Shown piece after piece: positions 1 to 11,294 of a stretch of 64,000 bases of DNA. The position numbers and the translations under genes were made by a program. The notes beneath the pieces are model-generated. The model had not been told where the DNA came from. It saw only the letters and a program-made list of their open reading frames with translations, and made no database searches. The stretch spans positions 3,596,001-3,660,000 of the forward strand of contig JBLDXI010000007.1 of assembly GCA_047495785.1 (NCBI GenBank), in the 5' to 3' direction. The DNA comes from Lepidodermella squamata (Eukaryota; Animalia; Gastrotricha). Within the stretch, counting starts at the first letter, position 1, and every line of letters begins with the position of its first letter.

Positions 1-845
1 GGACATTCAAGCTTTCATATTGCATGCTGAAGCAAGTTTGAAAGATGCTTTGCTTGCCGCTGCTAGTGAATCCCCGCAATATTCGCTGCGATCGCAAAAA
101 GTTGCCTGGATAGAAAATTCTCACTTCCCAGGCCTTTCAGCCCGCTTGGAGGCGTACACTGGATTGAATGCTCACAATGACGGTAAAGTCTTGCAAAGAG
201 CTTCAACTATTTAGACGAGGTAGCTTGTTTTCGAAGGCTGCGAGACCTATCAAGTTGGGCATTACACAGTTGGAGGACGTAGGTTGACTTAATCATCGGG
301 CGAATTCATGTGCGCTGTCTCTGTTTCAGATTTCAAACCTCATTATGATTATTACATGAAGGACTTCGAATACATGTCACTAGTTGGAAATCGAATCGCG
401 ACGGTTCTGATATATCTGAATGATGTTGAAGAAGGTGGCGAGACAATCTTCAATAAATTAGGACTCAAGGTTAGACCAAAACGGGGTTCGGCCTTGTTCT
501 GGTACAACTATCATCGGAATGAAACCCGAGACACTAGAACACGCCATGCGGCTTGCCCCGTTATTAAAGGCGAAAAATGGGTAAGATTTTAAGGGAATTG
601 CTACTCGGAATCACGACGACTTTGATATTTTTCAGGTTGTTAACAAGTGGTTTATCTGGCGTGGTCAATTATTGCATAAACCTTGTGGTCTGAAACCCGA
701 AGAACCTTACACTGTCGACGATTCTATCATGACGACTGCAGCTCGCCGGGTTACATTCAACAAAGACTTATTTTTCGCATCAGATTATGAGACTTTGTTT
801 CTAGAAGGAATTGCAAATTACAGGGCAGGAGACATCGTCTATTGA
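1..845 (+). CDS. P4HA: Prolyl 4-hydroxylase alpha subunit, 3' exons (5' end outside window)
   Basis: Spliced reading ...AWIENSHF...YTGL | CETYQVGHYTVGG | FKPHYD...GNRIATVLIYLNDVEEGGETIF...SALFWYN...TRHAACPVIKGEKW | VVNKWF...KPCGL; HxD...H and K motifs of P4H; GT-AG introns ~183-236, 279-329, 581-635; stop TGA 843-845. Confidence 0.92.
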
Positions 846-1312
846 CAATGACTAATGCTTTGCTCTTTTATCTTTGCCCTTCAGTCGCTTAATCAGTCAA
901 AGGTGTTTATGTAGTTTATTTTTTATTTTTTTGCAGCGTAAACCCATTTAAAAAATCCTTAGTCTTAAGAAGCACGTTTGTTGCATGCGCTATATTGATG
1001 TTTATGTAAGTATTTTGTATAGAGTATTAAAGGATGTAGTAAGGGCATGATATTGTATGTAGCATGAGAATATAAGGCATTCCATTCAACAATAGTGAGA
1101 AAGCGTGGTCAGTATTAAGCTCAGTCATAGCTGCTTCATTACTATCATCGATCAAGCAACGTTCACAGAGAGCAATATTAATCAATTCTGAACCTTACAA
1201 TTAGAGACAATTACAGTTCCTATCACAATGTAAATTGTCACTAGCGAAGAGACTTAATTTTTAAAGCTAGCAAACAGTTCACGAAAATTGATACGATGAG
1301 TCGAGCCTCTCC

Positions 1313-2458
1313 TTAGCTTCGCTGGCGCTTTTCGTCCTTTTCACTGGAATGCACAATCGGCTTGAGGCGAGATTTAAACATTTCAATAATTTCGCTTTTC
1401 GAACGCTTCCTATAACCGTCAAATTGAACGAGATGGTCTGCTAGCTTTTCGAACTGCCCCAGGAAAACCATGGGCGCAAGAGCGGCGAAGTCGATGCCGT
1501 CGAAAATCAACGCGTCCTCCTCGGCGTGCCGCTCAAGCGTATCTAACATGCGCTGTGGTTCATGCGTCCAGTGCAGCTGTGAATTTGCGTGATGTACGAT
1601 GTGATACGAATCGTTGTACATAATATCAGGAAAATTGCAGTTGTTAGTCGTTGATTTGTACGGGCTGCGCGGGTTACTCGGGTCGATGAATATGTGCTGC
1701 GAAAAGTTGCCAAGCATGCTCGAGAAGCAGGTAAAGAAAAATGGTATCACAAATACGTAGAGTGTCGCGGCTGGATTCAACTTGTAGAGAAAATACAATG
1801 TGCTCAGGTAGATCGCTTCATTTATCAAGGCGTGGGCGATTAGTTTATACCGGCGCCTTCTGAAAGCGTAATAGGGAAGCTCGACCCACGAAGCCATCCA
1901 ATATCGCATGAAGTAGATGAGATAGCTTCGAATAAGGCTTCGATCGTACGGTTCAGTGCTGCTCACGTCATAAGGGAAGATGTTGTTCTCGCAATGATGC
2001 ATTACAACGTGATGAATGTAGTAAAGCCCATTCGGGATTCCGAAAAATACTGACACGAACAAGTTGCCGATTTCGTTTAGGAAACGTCCTACGAACTTGG
2101 TCCTATCGTACGGCTTCCAATGCATTACAGCGTGAATGTAAGCTAGAAAGCGCCGTAGGAACGTAGAGAATAGCATCGCTAGATAGCCAACCGCGGCGAC
2201 GTGGTAATAGATGTTATCGTTTGGGAGCAAAAATAGCCCGACAGCACACGGCAAAACCACTGTGAAGAAGTTGAATAGGAAGTGCAGAGCTGGAATATCT
2301 TCTTTGTTCTTCATCAGAGGATCAACCAGTTTCACCAGAAATTGCGGTGCTTCGAATAGGTACTCATTCCGCGGCTGAGGCTTTATCAGCTCGCGAACGT
2401 CGATACCAGTTCGATCGCCGCAGCTGTATGTGGTTATTTTGCGCTCCACGTCGGTCAT
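1313..2458 (-). CDS. Membrane fatty-acid desaturase-like protein (His-box di-iron enzyme), intronless
   Basis: His boxes HAVMH, HHVVMHH(CENN), QH and YHIVHH plus several TM helices; likely start MTDVERK at 2458 (ORF open to 2605). Confidence 0.85.
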   Translation of the reverse strand: MTDVERKITTYSCGDRTGIDVRELIKPQPRNEYLFEAPQFLVKLVDPLMKNKEDIPALHFLFNFFTVVLPCAVGLFLLPNDNIYYHVAAVGYLAMLFSTFLRRFLAYIHAVMHWKPYDRTKFVGRFLNEIGNLFVSVFFGIPNGLYYIHHVVMHHCENNIFPYDVSSTEPYDRSLIRSYLIYFMRYWMASWVELPYYAFRRRRYKLIAHALINEAIYLSTLYFLYKLNPAATLYVFVIPFFFTCFSSMLGNFSQHIFIDPSNPRSPYKSTTNNCNFPDIMYNDSYHIVHHANSQLHWTHEPQRMLDTLERHAEEDALIFDGIDFAALAPMVFLGQFEKLADHLVQFDGYRKRSKSEIIEMFKSRLKPIVHSSEKDEKRQRS

Positions 2459-2926
2459 TGTTACAATATTGTGTTGAAAATGTAAGATCAAAACTACTGA
2501 ATGAGATTTATACTCATGTAAAGGATGCTGTGGGCAAAGAATGAAAAGATTTGACTTAATGACAATTATCTTCATGACAATAAGCTTTAGCGTTGCCGAC
2601 GGCATGGAAGTGTGGGCGTCGAATTGGAAACGTGGGCTATCGTTTTATTTTCACAGGTTAAGTGGGCGTAATAAGCAAAAAATGTATCACTCATAGAAAA
2701 GTCATGCATTTTTTACTATGGGGATAAACTAACGAGTAGAACCGAAACGCGAGAAAACCCGGTGGTTAACAGTTTATCTCGTTGTGATTCCTGATACGTG
2801 TTACAGCTTCATGAATCATGAATTATGTCTTGGGAGCTGACTGAAATACGCCAGTAAAAAAGTCTTAGTTTATTTGGAAATCGTCATTTATGTCAATAAA
2901 TCAATCAATGATTTCTTTTAACCGTT

Positions 2927-3976
2927 TCATCCATTATTTCGCTGAATTCGTAACGGTCGCCAAGGGCACTGCTCTTTTACTTGACGCTCCGCCGATTTCA
3001 GACGTTCCTTAATCGCTGTGACAATTCCAAGCTCGGAAAGCACCTTCCCGTCATCAATTTGCACAAAATGATTGGCCAAGGTATCATACTGATGAGTGAA
3101 AACTAGCCAGGCGATTCTGAACACATCAATCCCATCAAAAATGAAAGAGCCGGCAGATTGCAGTCGATGCAAGTCCGCCAGAAAAGCGTCTGGGTACTCA
3201 GACCAGTGGAGTTCGGGATTATTTAGCATGATACTATGATAGCCGCTGTTGAACATGGCCTGTTCTGTGTTTATCGTCGTAAGAGTCGTTGCGTAAATGC
3301 TTTCTAGATTTGACGCATCGATGAACATGTGACGAGTGAATATCGTAAGAGCTTCGAAAAGCAGAGCGTAGCATAACGGGAAAATAACAATATAGACTGT
3401 AGCTACGAGGTTTACTTGCAACAAGGCGTAAACCACCGAGAATTTTAATAACTGAAGTCCAAACTCAAAACTTGGCAAGAAAGGCAGCTGAACCAAAACT
3501 GACCCCGTACGGAGTAACAAATAGCGGAGAAAATTGGAAACCTCGCCTCTTTCGTACTTCGCTAAAATTCCTATATCGCTCTTCGGATTTTGAGTGACGC
3601 TCGGGCTAACAATTTGTCCCAGAAATAGTCCAACAGCCAGTTCCAAAGTTTTTTCGACGACATCTGGCTCGCTGTCGCTAACGCTCAGACGGTATCGGGG
3701 CATGATAAATTCGAAATTGATCAAGAGGTAAAATATTGCAGAGGCATGGTAGCTTGCGCTGTTCGTTGGGGCTAGGAACAAAGCTGAAGCGGCCGGGACA
3801 AGGAAAATACAGATATTCGATAGCAGCTGAAGGCGAGTTTTAGATCTCGGGAATATTGGAAAATTGATCAGAAATTCAGGTTCCTCGATTCGAATTTGGT
3901 CGGCTAAGACCAGCTCTCTGATTGGTAAACCACGCCTGCGACCAATGCTGTAGTATTTTGCCAACACTAAAGCCAT
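2927..3976 (-). CDS. Divergent desaturase-like paralog lacking most catalytic histidines
   Basis: Colinear with 1313-2458 (RHMFID vs QHIFID, LHWSEYP vs LHWTHEP, FIFDGID vs LIFDGID, LANHFVQ vs LADHLVQ, IKERLK vs FKSRLK); His boxes 1 and 2 absent and box 3 reduced to YHSIML; ORF intact. Confidence 0.75.
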   Translation of the reverse strand: MALVLAKYYSIGRRRGLPIRELVLADQIRIEEPEFLINFPIFPRSKTRLQLLSNICIFLVPAASALFLAPTNSASYHASAIFYLLINFEFIMPRYRLSVSDSEPDVVEKTLELAVGLFLGQIVSPSVTQNPKSDIGILAKYERGEVSNFLRYLLLRTGSVLVQLPFLPSFEFGLQLLKFSVVYALLQVNLVATVYIVIFPLCYALLFEALTIFTRHMFIDASNLESIYATTLTTINTEQAMFNSGYHSIMLNNPELHWSEYPDAFLADLHRLQSAGSFIFDGIDVFRIAWLVFTHQYDTLANHFVQIDDGKVLSELGIVTAIKERLKSAERQVKEQCPWRPLRIQRNNG

Positions 3977-4472
3977 ATTACAGGCATGACATTTACAATA
4001 CGTGTCGTGCAAATGACAATGATATGATACACCGCTGAAAATGTTAGGTTTGCACTCCTACGCCTAACATCCCGCTCCTTCGTCCTGATGCCTTATAACT
4101 AAGAGTTGCTAAGCACGCATCTAAAATCTTTTATTCTTTATTCAAACGTGAAAATGAATATAATATTACTAAAGGTTAGTTGTAACGCATTAGATTTATG
4201 AAGTTAGGATGCATCGTATTTTTTGCCGAAAAGGTTATAACAAAGATGTAAATCAAGCATTTACCTGGCCGATTTTTACTGGGGTTTCTCCATTAAATCT
4301 CCAAATCTCGATTTATCTAGCATAACTTCTGGAAGCTTCTAATATTGATTTCGAGTTTTATTAGCTTTACATCATGTCACAATCTTTTTGATAAAATCGC
4401 AAGGCCTAGTTGCAGGTTGTTAGGGAGTAAAAATTTATCCGAAAACATTGTCAATTAGAAAATGGGCGTGTT

Positions 4473-6866
4473 TCAGCATATAATGATATAACGACGCATA
4501 GCAGAGTAGAAGCCCTTCCAGAATACTATTAACGAAGTCCCAGCAGAGTAAACGATCAGAATAACGGAGGCGGCAAGGTGTTGATTGGTTGCTGACGCCG
4601 ACCGACCGAGAAGAGAAATCACGGCGACGGCAGAAATCAAAAAGCTCGACGAGTTGATCAAAGCCAGACGGACGTAACCAACCTCGCCATTCGACAACTC
4701 CATTCTAGCTGCTCTAAGAGCTGCTCTAGCTGCTGAATAAGAGACAAATGCGCCACAGCTCAACCAGATTGCATTGATTGCAGCGAGGGCCAACAGCCAT
4801 GCGGCCTGAGAATTCGATAGGCAAAATCGTGAATTTAACTGAAAGAACGTATCACTGGCTTCATCGTAGTGTTGGTTTGATTTGCTGGTCTCCATGAGTC
4901 TGAAGCTATCAATGCTTAACCAAACAACAACGGCGAGCACGTTTACCGTCATGAAGCCAAACACGTAAAAAATAAAACGCTTCCAAGTCCCCGCGATTCG
5001 ATTAGTTGGCAGTTTGTTCCTTCTTCTCAAATGCAAAAACGGTTGTGATGTCCTCCCCCCAGCCGTTGATAACCCTAAGACGTTTTGATTCTCAGCTCTA
5101 AATTTGAAGAAAGCAGCCTTGTAAATCAAATGCCTTGCAACAAGTGTCCCGTTAACGAAGCTGGCCCCTACCACAGCTGATGCAACTTGAAAATAGCACA
5201 GCCAATCGCCATTGAAGACTTTTTGTAGGGGAATAGCATAGAATACCGATGCCATGTCACACACCATTAAACCGAGCGAGATCAAGATTTTCATCTGCCA
5301 ATAAAGTCCCTGTCTACCAACTGAAGATCGTGCAAACTTGAGAGTGTGTTTGATTGATAATGTAACATGAATGAGGAACAAGATCGTCCCGAATCCTGAA
5401 AGAGAAGCCGACATGGCAGGTGTTATGTTATCGTCGATTGATTGATAAAGTGGCCCATCTCTTGGAGGTTTTCCATTCCTTGTTTGCCAAGCTACTGCAC
5501 CCAACTGAATAGCTCGGTAAGTCGAATCATTGAGCACATCAGTTCCTGGTTCGTGAATGATCCTGTAGACAGTTTGAAACCCTCTTTCTGGTGACCATTG
5601 CGCTATTATTTGGGGCTCGTCGTCCATGTGCAGCCGAGCTGAAAACTTCTGATACCCAACGAGAAGGCCCCTGAACTCAATCAGGCCGACACTTTCGTTG
5701 GCAACCTCCATAACTATTTCAGGGTGCGTAGTCATGCCCCTTAAGGTAAGATTTTCCCTTTCCCTTAACAGTTTTTCCGTATCACTCAACGCCTGCAACA
5801 CAGCAACCATGTTATCGTGGCACCGATGACGTAATATGTATTCGACAGAGCGTCGTTTATTCGTCATAATGTCAAATCGGCGTTCGAATTCAACTAGATC
5901 GTAGCCGAATGTAGTCGCTCCGTTGTTTTCTGAAGCTGCAGGGACTGTTCCGATGTAGAATGCCCTCATAACCTGGGCGACGAGAGCCGCTCTTGGACAG
6001 TCAGGCATATAAGGATCAGGGTAATCATTAGGGTCATTGAACGTAATAGTTGGAGCAGAAAATATGTATTTAGACCCTGACATTCCTTTCAGGTATGCCA
6101 AGCAAAGAAAATCTAAAAATGCCGGACCAGTTCCATCCATGAATATGATTCTAGCGTTTTGCCTTCGCAAAGACTCGACTGTTTCTAGATTCGGTCTGTC
6201 AAGGAACATGTCGTACCAAATCACATCCATGCCAGCATTAACAGCGGATTTGTAGAAAAATTCAGCCGTGTTGTAGTCATAAGCATTCAACCCATCTGCT
6301 ATTATCGCTATTTTGTTCCATTTTCCAATAGCCTTTGCCAATCTAATCCGAGCGAATGCCATCATTTCCGCGGGCATGCGGCTTGAATACCAATTTTTGT
6401 ACAATTTTCGGTTTTCTGTCGCGGTTGGCGAAGCGCATCCGTTGCAGATCATCACAGAATTCAGATGATGAAGAGTAGCAGCGGCTGGTAAACACCCTGG
6501 AGTTAGTAAACCACCGGATATGATCGGCGACTGGTAGTAACCTCGCTTCTCTGGTTGCTGAAATGACTGAGTGTACGACATGATGCCTTTCAACGTTTCA
6601 AATCCCAGAAAGCCTTCCGTTGCCGGTTCCATTTCGATGTGATAGTCGGGCAAGAAGTCTGATCTTTCATTAGCAGCGTCGATTGCGATCTGCATTGATG
6701 GAATGCATGTAAGACCGTCGAGGGGCGGGAATCCGGTGATTGAAGCGAAAGCGAGAACCGATAGCCGATATTGCTTGGTAGAGTTCGCGGTAGCTGATGC
6801 GTATTTACAGAATTCCAAAATCGCATAGGCAAGTATTATTGCTAAATTTTCGCCTGCATGCATCAT
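4473..6866 (-). CDS. Class C GPCR, GABA-B-receptor-like (Venus flytrap + 7TM), copy 1, intronless
   Basis: Signal peptide; AIDAANERSDFLPDYHI, WNKIAII, NARIIF, CLAYLKGMSGSKYIF and W-x4-GKPPRDG motifs; 7TM directly after the VFT with no Cys-rich domain. Confidence 0.88.
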   Translation of the reverse strand: MMHAGENLAIILAYAILEFCKYASATANSTKQYRLSVLAFASITGFPPLDGLTCIPSMQIAIDAANERSDFLPDYHIEMEPATEGFLGFETLKGIMSYTQSFQQPEKRGYYQSPIISGGLLTPGCLPAAATLHHLNSVMICNGCASPTATENRKLYKNWYSSRMPAEMMAFARIRLAKAIGKWNKIAIIADGLNAYDYNTAEFFYKSAVNAGMDVIWYDMFLDRPNLETVESLRRQNARIIFMDGTGPAFLDFLCLAYLKGMSGSKYIFSAPTITFNDPNDYPDPYMPDCPRAALVAQVMRAFYIGTVPAASENNGATTFGYDLVEFERRFDIMTNKRRSVEYILRHRCHDNMVAVLQALSDTEKLLRERENLTLRGMTTHPEIVMEVANESVGLIEFRGLLVGYQKFSARLHMDDEPQIIAQWSPERGFQTVYRIIHEPGTDVLNDSTYRAIQLGAVAWQTRNGKPPRDGPLYQSIDDNITPAMSASLSGFGTILFLIHVTLSIKHTLKFARSSVGRQGLYWQMKILISLGLMVCDMASVFYAIPLQKVFNGDWLCYFQVASAVVGASFVNGTLVARHLIYKAAFFKFRAENQNVLGLSTAGGRTSQPFLHLRRRNKLPTNRIAGTWKRFIFYVFGFMTVNVLAVVVWLSIDSFRLMETSKSNQHYDEASDTFFQLNSRFCLSNSQAAWLLALAAINAIWLSCGAFVSYSAARAALRAARMELSNGEVGYVRLALINSSSFLISAVAVISLLGRSASATNQHLAASVILIVYSAGTSLIVFWKGFYSAMRRYIIIC

Positions 6867-9089
6867 TTTTACTCATCGAGCTCGATTCTCTCGACTGGGC
6901 TAATTCAGCGGGGAAACTCAGCCTACTTTCAGCTTTCAAACTTAGGAATAGCGTTATTAGCTTAAGTTTCAAGTTTAAGTAATTTAATATGGAAAATTTA
7001 TTAGCTCAACGTCTGTGTTCTATTCCTCAGTTAATTTGCACTATCAGTTAGCTGTTGCCGGAGTATACAGTATTGGTTGATTTTATACGGCGCAAAATAC
7101 CTGAGTTATTTGTGCTTGCTGTCACGATTCAGCCGATCAGAAGAAATTGTTTTCGCATCTTGAATTTTCAATGTGGAATATGAAATGCTTTGGTTTCGTA
7201 TCATGTTTCTTATCATGGCTATACTCTATTCCATTGCCATACAACTATTCGTGTCGACCTCCAACTATCTTCCAAGCACTGAGAAATCCGATATTATTTT
7301 CTAATTTTTGCTGAGCAGCATATTTTCCGTAATAATACGCACGTTCAGCCTGGAGAAAGTTGATCATTTAGTTGTACTTGACGTCTTCCTCAGGCTACTT
7401 TTCTATCTATAACTGCGATCGATATATGCGTGATGAAAGCTCGTTGTAAAAAATACTTCTGGACTCCGTAAGATGAAATATGCTGATGATCTAGCTCCGT
7501 AAGACGGCATGCGTAGTTCTCAACCGATATTTCGATATTCGATATGTTGCATGAAGACGAGACTTTTACGCGACGCCACAGTCGCCACGACTGAATCGCC
7601 GCGTTGCGTTTGAAATGGACCGCTCTCGAAATGATCTATCCAATGATCGGCTGAGCGAGAGCCTTCAGATAAATACCCTGTATTAGCCGAAACACGCGCC
7701 TGTGTGTAGCAATTAAAAACAATTGCAGAAAAATAACAGTGATAGTTGTAGGGTTACCCAAATCTGCATAACAATTTTCCACTTTTTCAAACCCTTGTCA
7801 TTCCATAACCATAAGGTTCCCCGGGCTCATATTTAACATATGACCATAAACAGTCAGAACCGATTCCAATAAGCTCACAAAATCTCATGAACCAATTCCT
7901 CACCGTTACAGAGCCATCGTTGCGACTAAAAAGACAAAAATTTTAAATCGCTCGAGGGTGCCATAAATCTGCATAAAAGCTTGCATAAAAGAGAATCCTC
8001 CTCATTGGCGTGATTTTACAATTTGTGTAAATAAACTGCATTTTTTCGGGCAGCACATTGCGCCTGGACACACACCGGTGTGTGGTTACGGAACTGCGTA
8101 ACGGTGCATGATAAAAATATACGGTTTTCAGATTTGGAATCAGCGTTAAAAGTTACTCAAAATAATTTTCATTGATTGGCATCATCTAGGGTCTAAGGTC
8201 AAGTTTATACGGGGTAAAAAACGGCACTTAATTAGCCGATTCCCGATGTGGGCACAACAGTTTGCGAGAGTAGCAATAATAGCAATGCTGTCACTTGGTG
8301 ACGATAATATAAATAAAAAACCATTACAATAAAATCAAGGTTTGAATGGCCGCGAAAGTAGTCATATACCACTTGCATATCACTGGATATATAGGTCGGG
8401 AGGAGTTTAACGATGTAAACTTTGGGTCATTGGGTTCGGTTTTTCTATTATATGATCCATACAGCAATAATAAAGACATAGCGGCCACTTTCAAACGCAA
8501 CGCAACGCGACGGACCTCAGCTCGAAACACACGAGAGCAGCGATAGGCGGTACCCGTCGACCGACAGGGCTGACCTGCCGGCTTTCGGGACTGATACCAC
8601 GATGGCGACTTTCCAGCAAAAATGTTACGCGCATCTCAAATGTTGAGATATTATTGCGGTATAAAAATAAAAACCGCCCAAATAGTCAAAACTCGTCTCA
8701 ACATTTTAAATTTTTTTTTGTTTTCTCGAATTCCTTTTGTAGAACGAAAGGCAACCTGGCGAGGCCGTCAATGCCGCCGAAGCGGCATACGCGCGGGTTG
8801 ACAGTTGAGAGGCCGATCAATTTCGACGCCGGCTTTGCAGCTACTTGGTACTCGGCTCGGCACGGGTGAAGTTACGTTGAACGCGCTTTCTCAATACTGA
8901 GGATTGTTTGGAGTTGTTATTAGCCTGGAAACACTCTGCCGGTTCCATGGGTGGAGACGCTGACATACATATTATGACCTGTTTCCCCAGTGGACTTACA
9001 ATGTTCGGCGCAGAAGGAACCGCGCATTTCAACAGTGTGAACTGAAATTTTCCCCCATTTACCCTCAAGGAATTGTTTGCTCCCACCGC

Positions 9090-10272
9090 GTGCATCAGGC
9101 CCGCGCGGCCAAGCGGAAGATGATAGTTGTTGGTCTCGATGTGAAGGCCGCGTACGATTCAGTTTGGCACACTGGCTTGATCCATAAGCTTGGCCAACTG
9201 CCCCTGCCGCGCAATCTCATTGGGTGGCTCGCGGATTACTTATGCGATCGGAAGCTCCAAGCTCGTGTGGCCGGTTTCCTCAGCCGGCAGGTCATGTTAC
9301 AGTGCGGTGTACCGCTTTCTCCGCTCCTCTACATTATCTACACCAGCGACCTACTCCGCTCCCCGAGTGCGCCTGGGACCTCCTTGGACGCTTATGCCAA
9401 CGACCTCACACTCGCCAGCACGGGCGCTACCTTTGTCGAAGCTCAGACGCTCGCCCAGACCGAGGTCGATCGAATAGCCGCCTGGGCCTGATTTTGGCGC
9501 CAGCAATTTAATGCCTCTCGACTCTAGAAGCGAAGTCATCGCATTCGAGTCGAACTACGCGGCGCCGCCGTTCCAGCGTTGCGCATACTCGGGCTCACTT
9601 TCGGGCTCAATTGGAAGCCTCACATAGCATTATACTCCCGTTTTGCAGGTCAAAGGTCGCACGTGCACACGTGATCAAAACGTGTGATCAAAACACTAAA
9701 CTTTTAGGTTGTTGCTGGTGTGGTAGTTTCGTCGTTTAGTCATTTCCTCATTTCGTCACCATGAAAAAAAATATAAAAAAAATGTTGTGAGCTGGAGTCG
9801 AATTATCAACCTCTGGTTTCCTGAGCTATAGCTTAAACCACTAAACCACACAGGAGAAACATGGGACCCGTCCCCAACGGTGCGGGCGTAATTTGTCCTG
9901 GTTTCACACGGTCGTGCATCGTCCTGTCACTGAAATGGCGCCGCGCTACTTACCTCATCCGCTCCATTGCAACCTTCGGGGCTGTTGCGTTCTCCTCCGC
10001 CGCCAAGACGCAGCTTCACCGTCTGGTTGTACATCAGAACAACCGCCGGGTTCGACTGGATCTCTGCCCTTGAGCAGCGATGTTACGTGCTTAGCATCTC
10101 CGCCTTCCTGGCCATCGCACAAAGCCGCTATTCCGACAATGCCGTTCGACAGGTTCTGCCTCTGCGTGAGGACGTCGATAGCGTTCGCCTCTCCCCGTCG
10201 CCACCCTTGAAGTCACCGGTGTTTATTCTGAACTCTCGTCTGCCACAGGGCCCGCTTCCTGCTCCCATGTGA
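9090..10272 (+). mobile_element. Degraded non-LTR retrotransposon (RT fragment)
   Basis: LDVKAAYDSVWHTGLIHKL, GVP--LSPLLYIIYTSDL, YAND (decayed YADD); deletions and stops; CT-rich tract after 10310. Confidence 0.85.
9630..9901 (+). mobile_element. Non-autonomous Helitron-like insertion within the LINE
   Basis: Sits between host A (9629) and T (9902) with no TSD; starts TTATACT, ends CTGG (CTRR); GC hairpin cccgtccccaacggtgcggg at 9867-9886, ~11 nt before the terminal CTGG. Confidence 0.65.
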
Positions 10273-11294
10273 TTCTTGTCATGTTTCTTTTCTCATCTCA
10301 GTGTTCTGTCGTTCCTCTTCTCTACCTCTCTACCTCTCTCTCTTTTTCTCTCTCTCTCCTTGTCGTCCCATTTCTTTTGTCAGATAAATTCTCCAATGTG
10401 CCTCCTCAATAGCGTCTCATGCGTACTGTCACTGACAAGCGCCTGTTCACCCTGTGCTCAAGCCTTTATATTTTCCTGTTGTTATTGATTACTGATTTGC
10501 TTTTGTTTTTGATGGTTCGTTGCTCCTAAATTATTGCTAAAATTGTATGGGAAATTTAAGGACAAATAAAATGATTTTCGTTAATTTTCGCTAGCCAAAA
10601 ACAGACACGATTCATTTATTGTTGTAGTATTGAGCGCAAAGGGGCTCTTGGTCATCATCGACTTCCTCAAGCGCCTCATCAACATCGAGTGCTACAAGTA
10701 TCGCCTTCTCATCCTTCGCCCTGCACGGCGCCGTCTATAATTCAGCCTCGCAATTCCCCGCCTAAAGTGGGTGGTCAGGTGGTCAGGTGTCAAGTCACTT
10801 CTTTATCAAATATGCGCAAGGACAGTTTATGACTTATGAATTGGTAGATGAAGCCGTGCCGGAAATTTAGCCGGCCGTTAGGCACCTCCTACCGGCGCCC
10901 GTTCTAGCCCATTTCATTGGCTCTTCTCAAGTGCGCAGCCTTTCATTTCCCAGAAAAAAATATTTCGCACCTAACATAAATTCCCAAATCCAAACCCAGG
11001 CGGCACTACAAAGAACGTCAAAGTGCCAACAACGAGGTGCCGCCTGGGCTTGTATTTGGAAATTTACGGTAATTGTGTAGATTTTATTCAGTTCATATCC
11101 TGTCAAAACGTCGAAATGTAGATGATTCAACAAAATTGTTTTAGGTATCAGTAAAACTTGATGAAATTACGCTCTATACACTGCTCCTAGTGACCGCTTT
11201 TCAGACCAATATTTTTAGTGATTATAAGTTATAAGGGACGTATAGGGAGCGAAAATGGAACCGGAAAGCTCGTTAAACAGGAAATGTGAATGTT

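Noticed and set aside
7674-8216. Possible MITE bounded by taccctgtat / atacggggta
   Set aside because: Inverted match too short to support confidently
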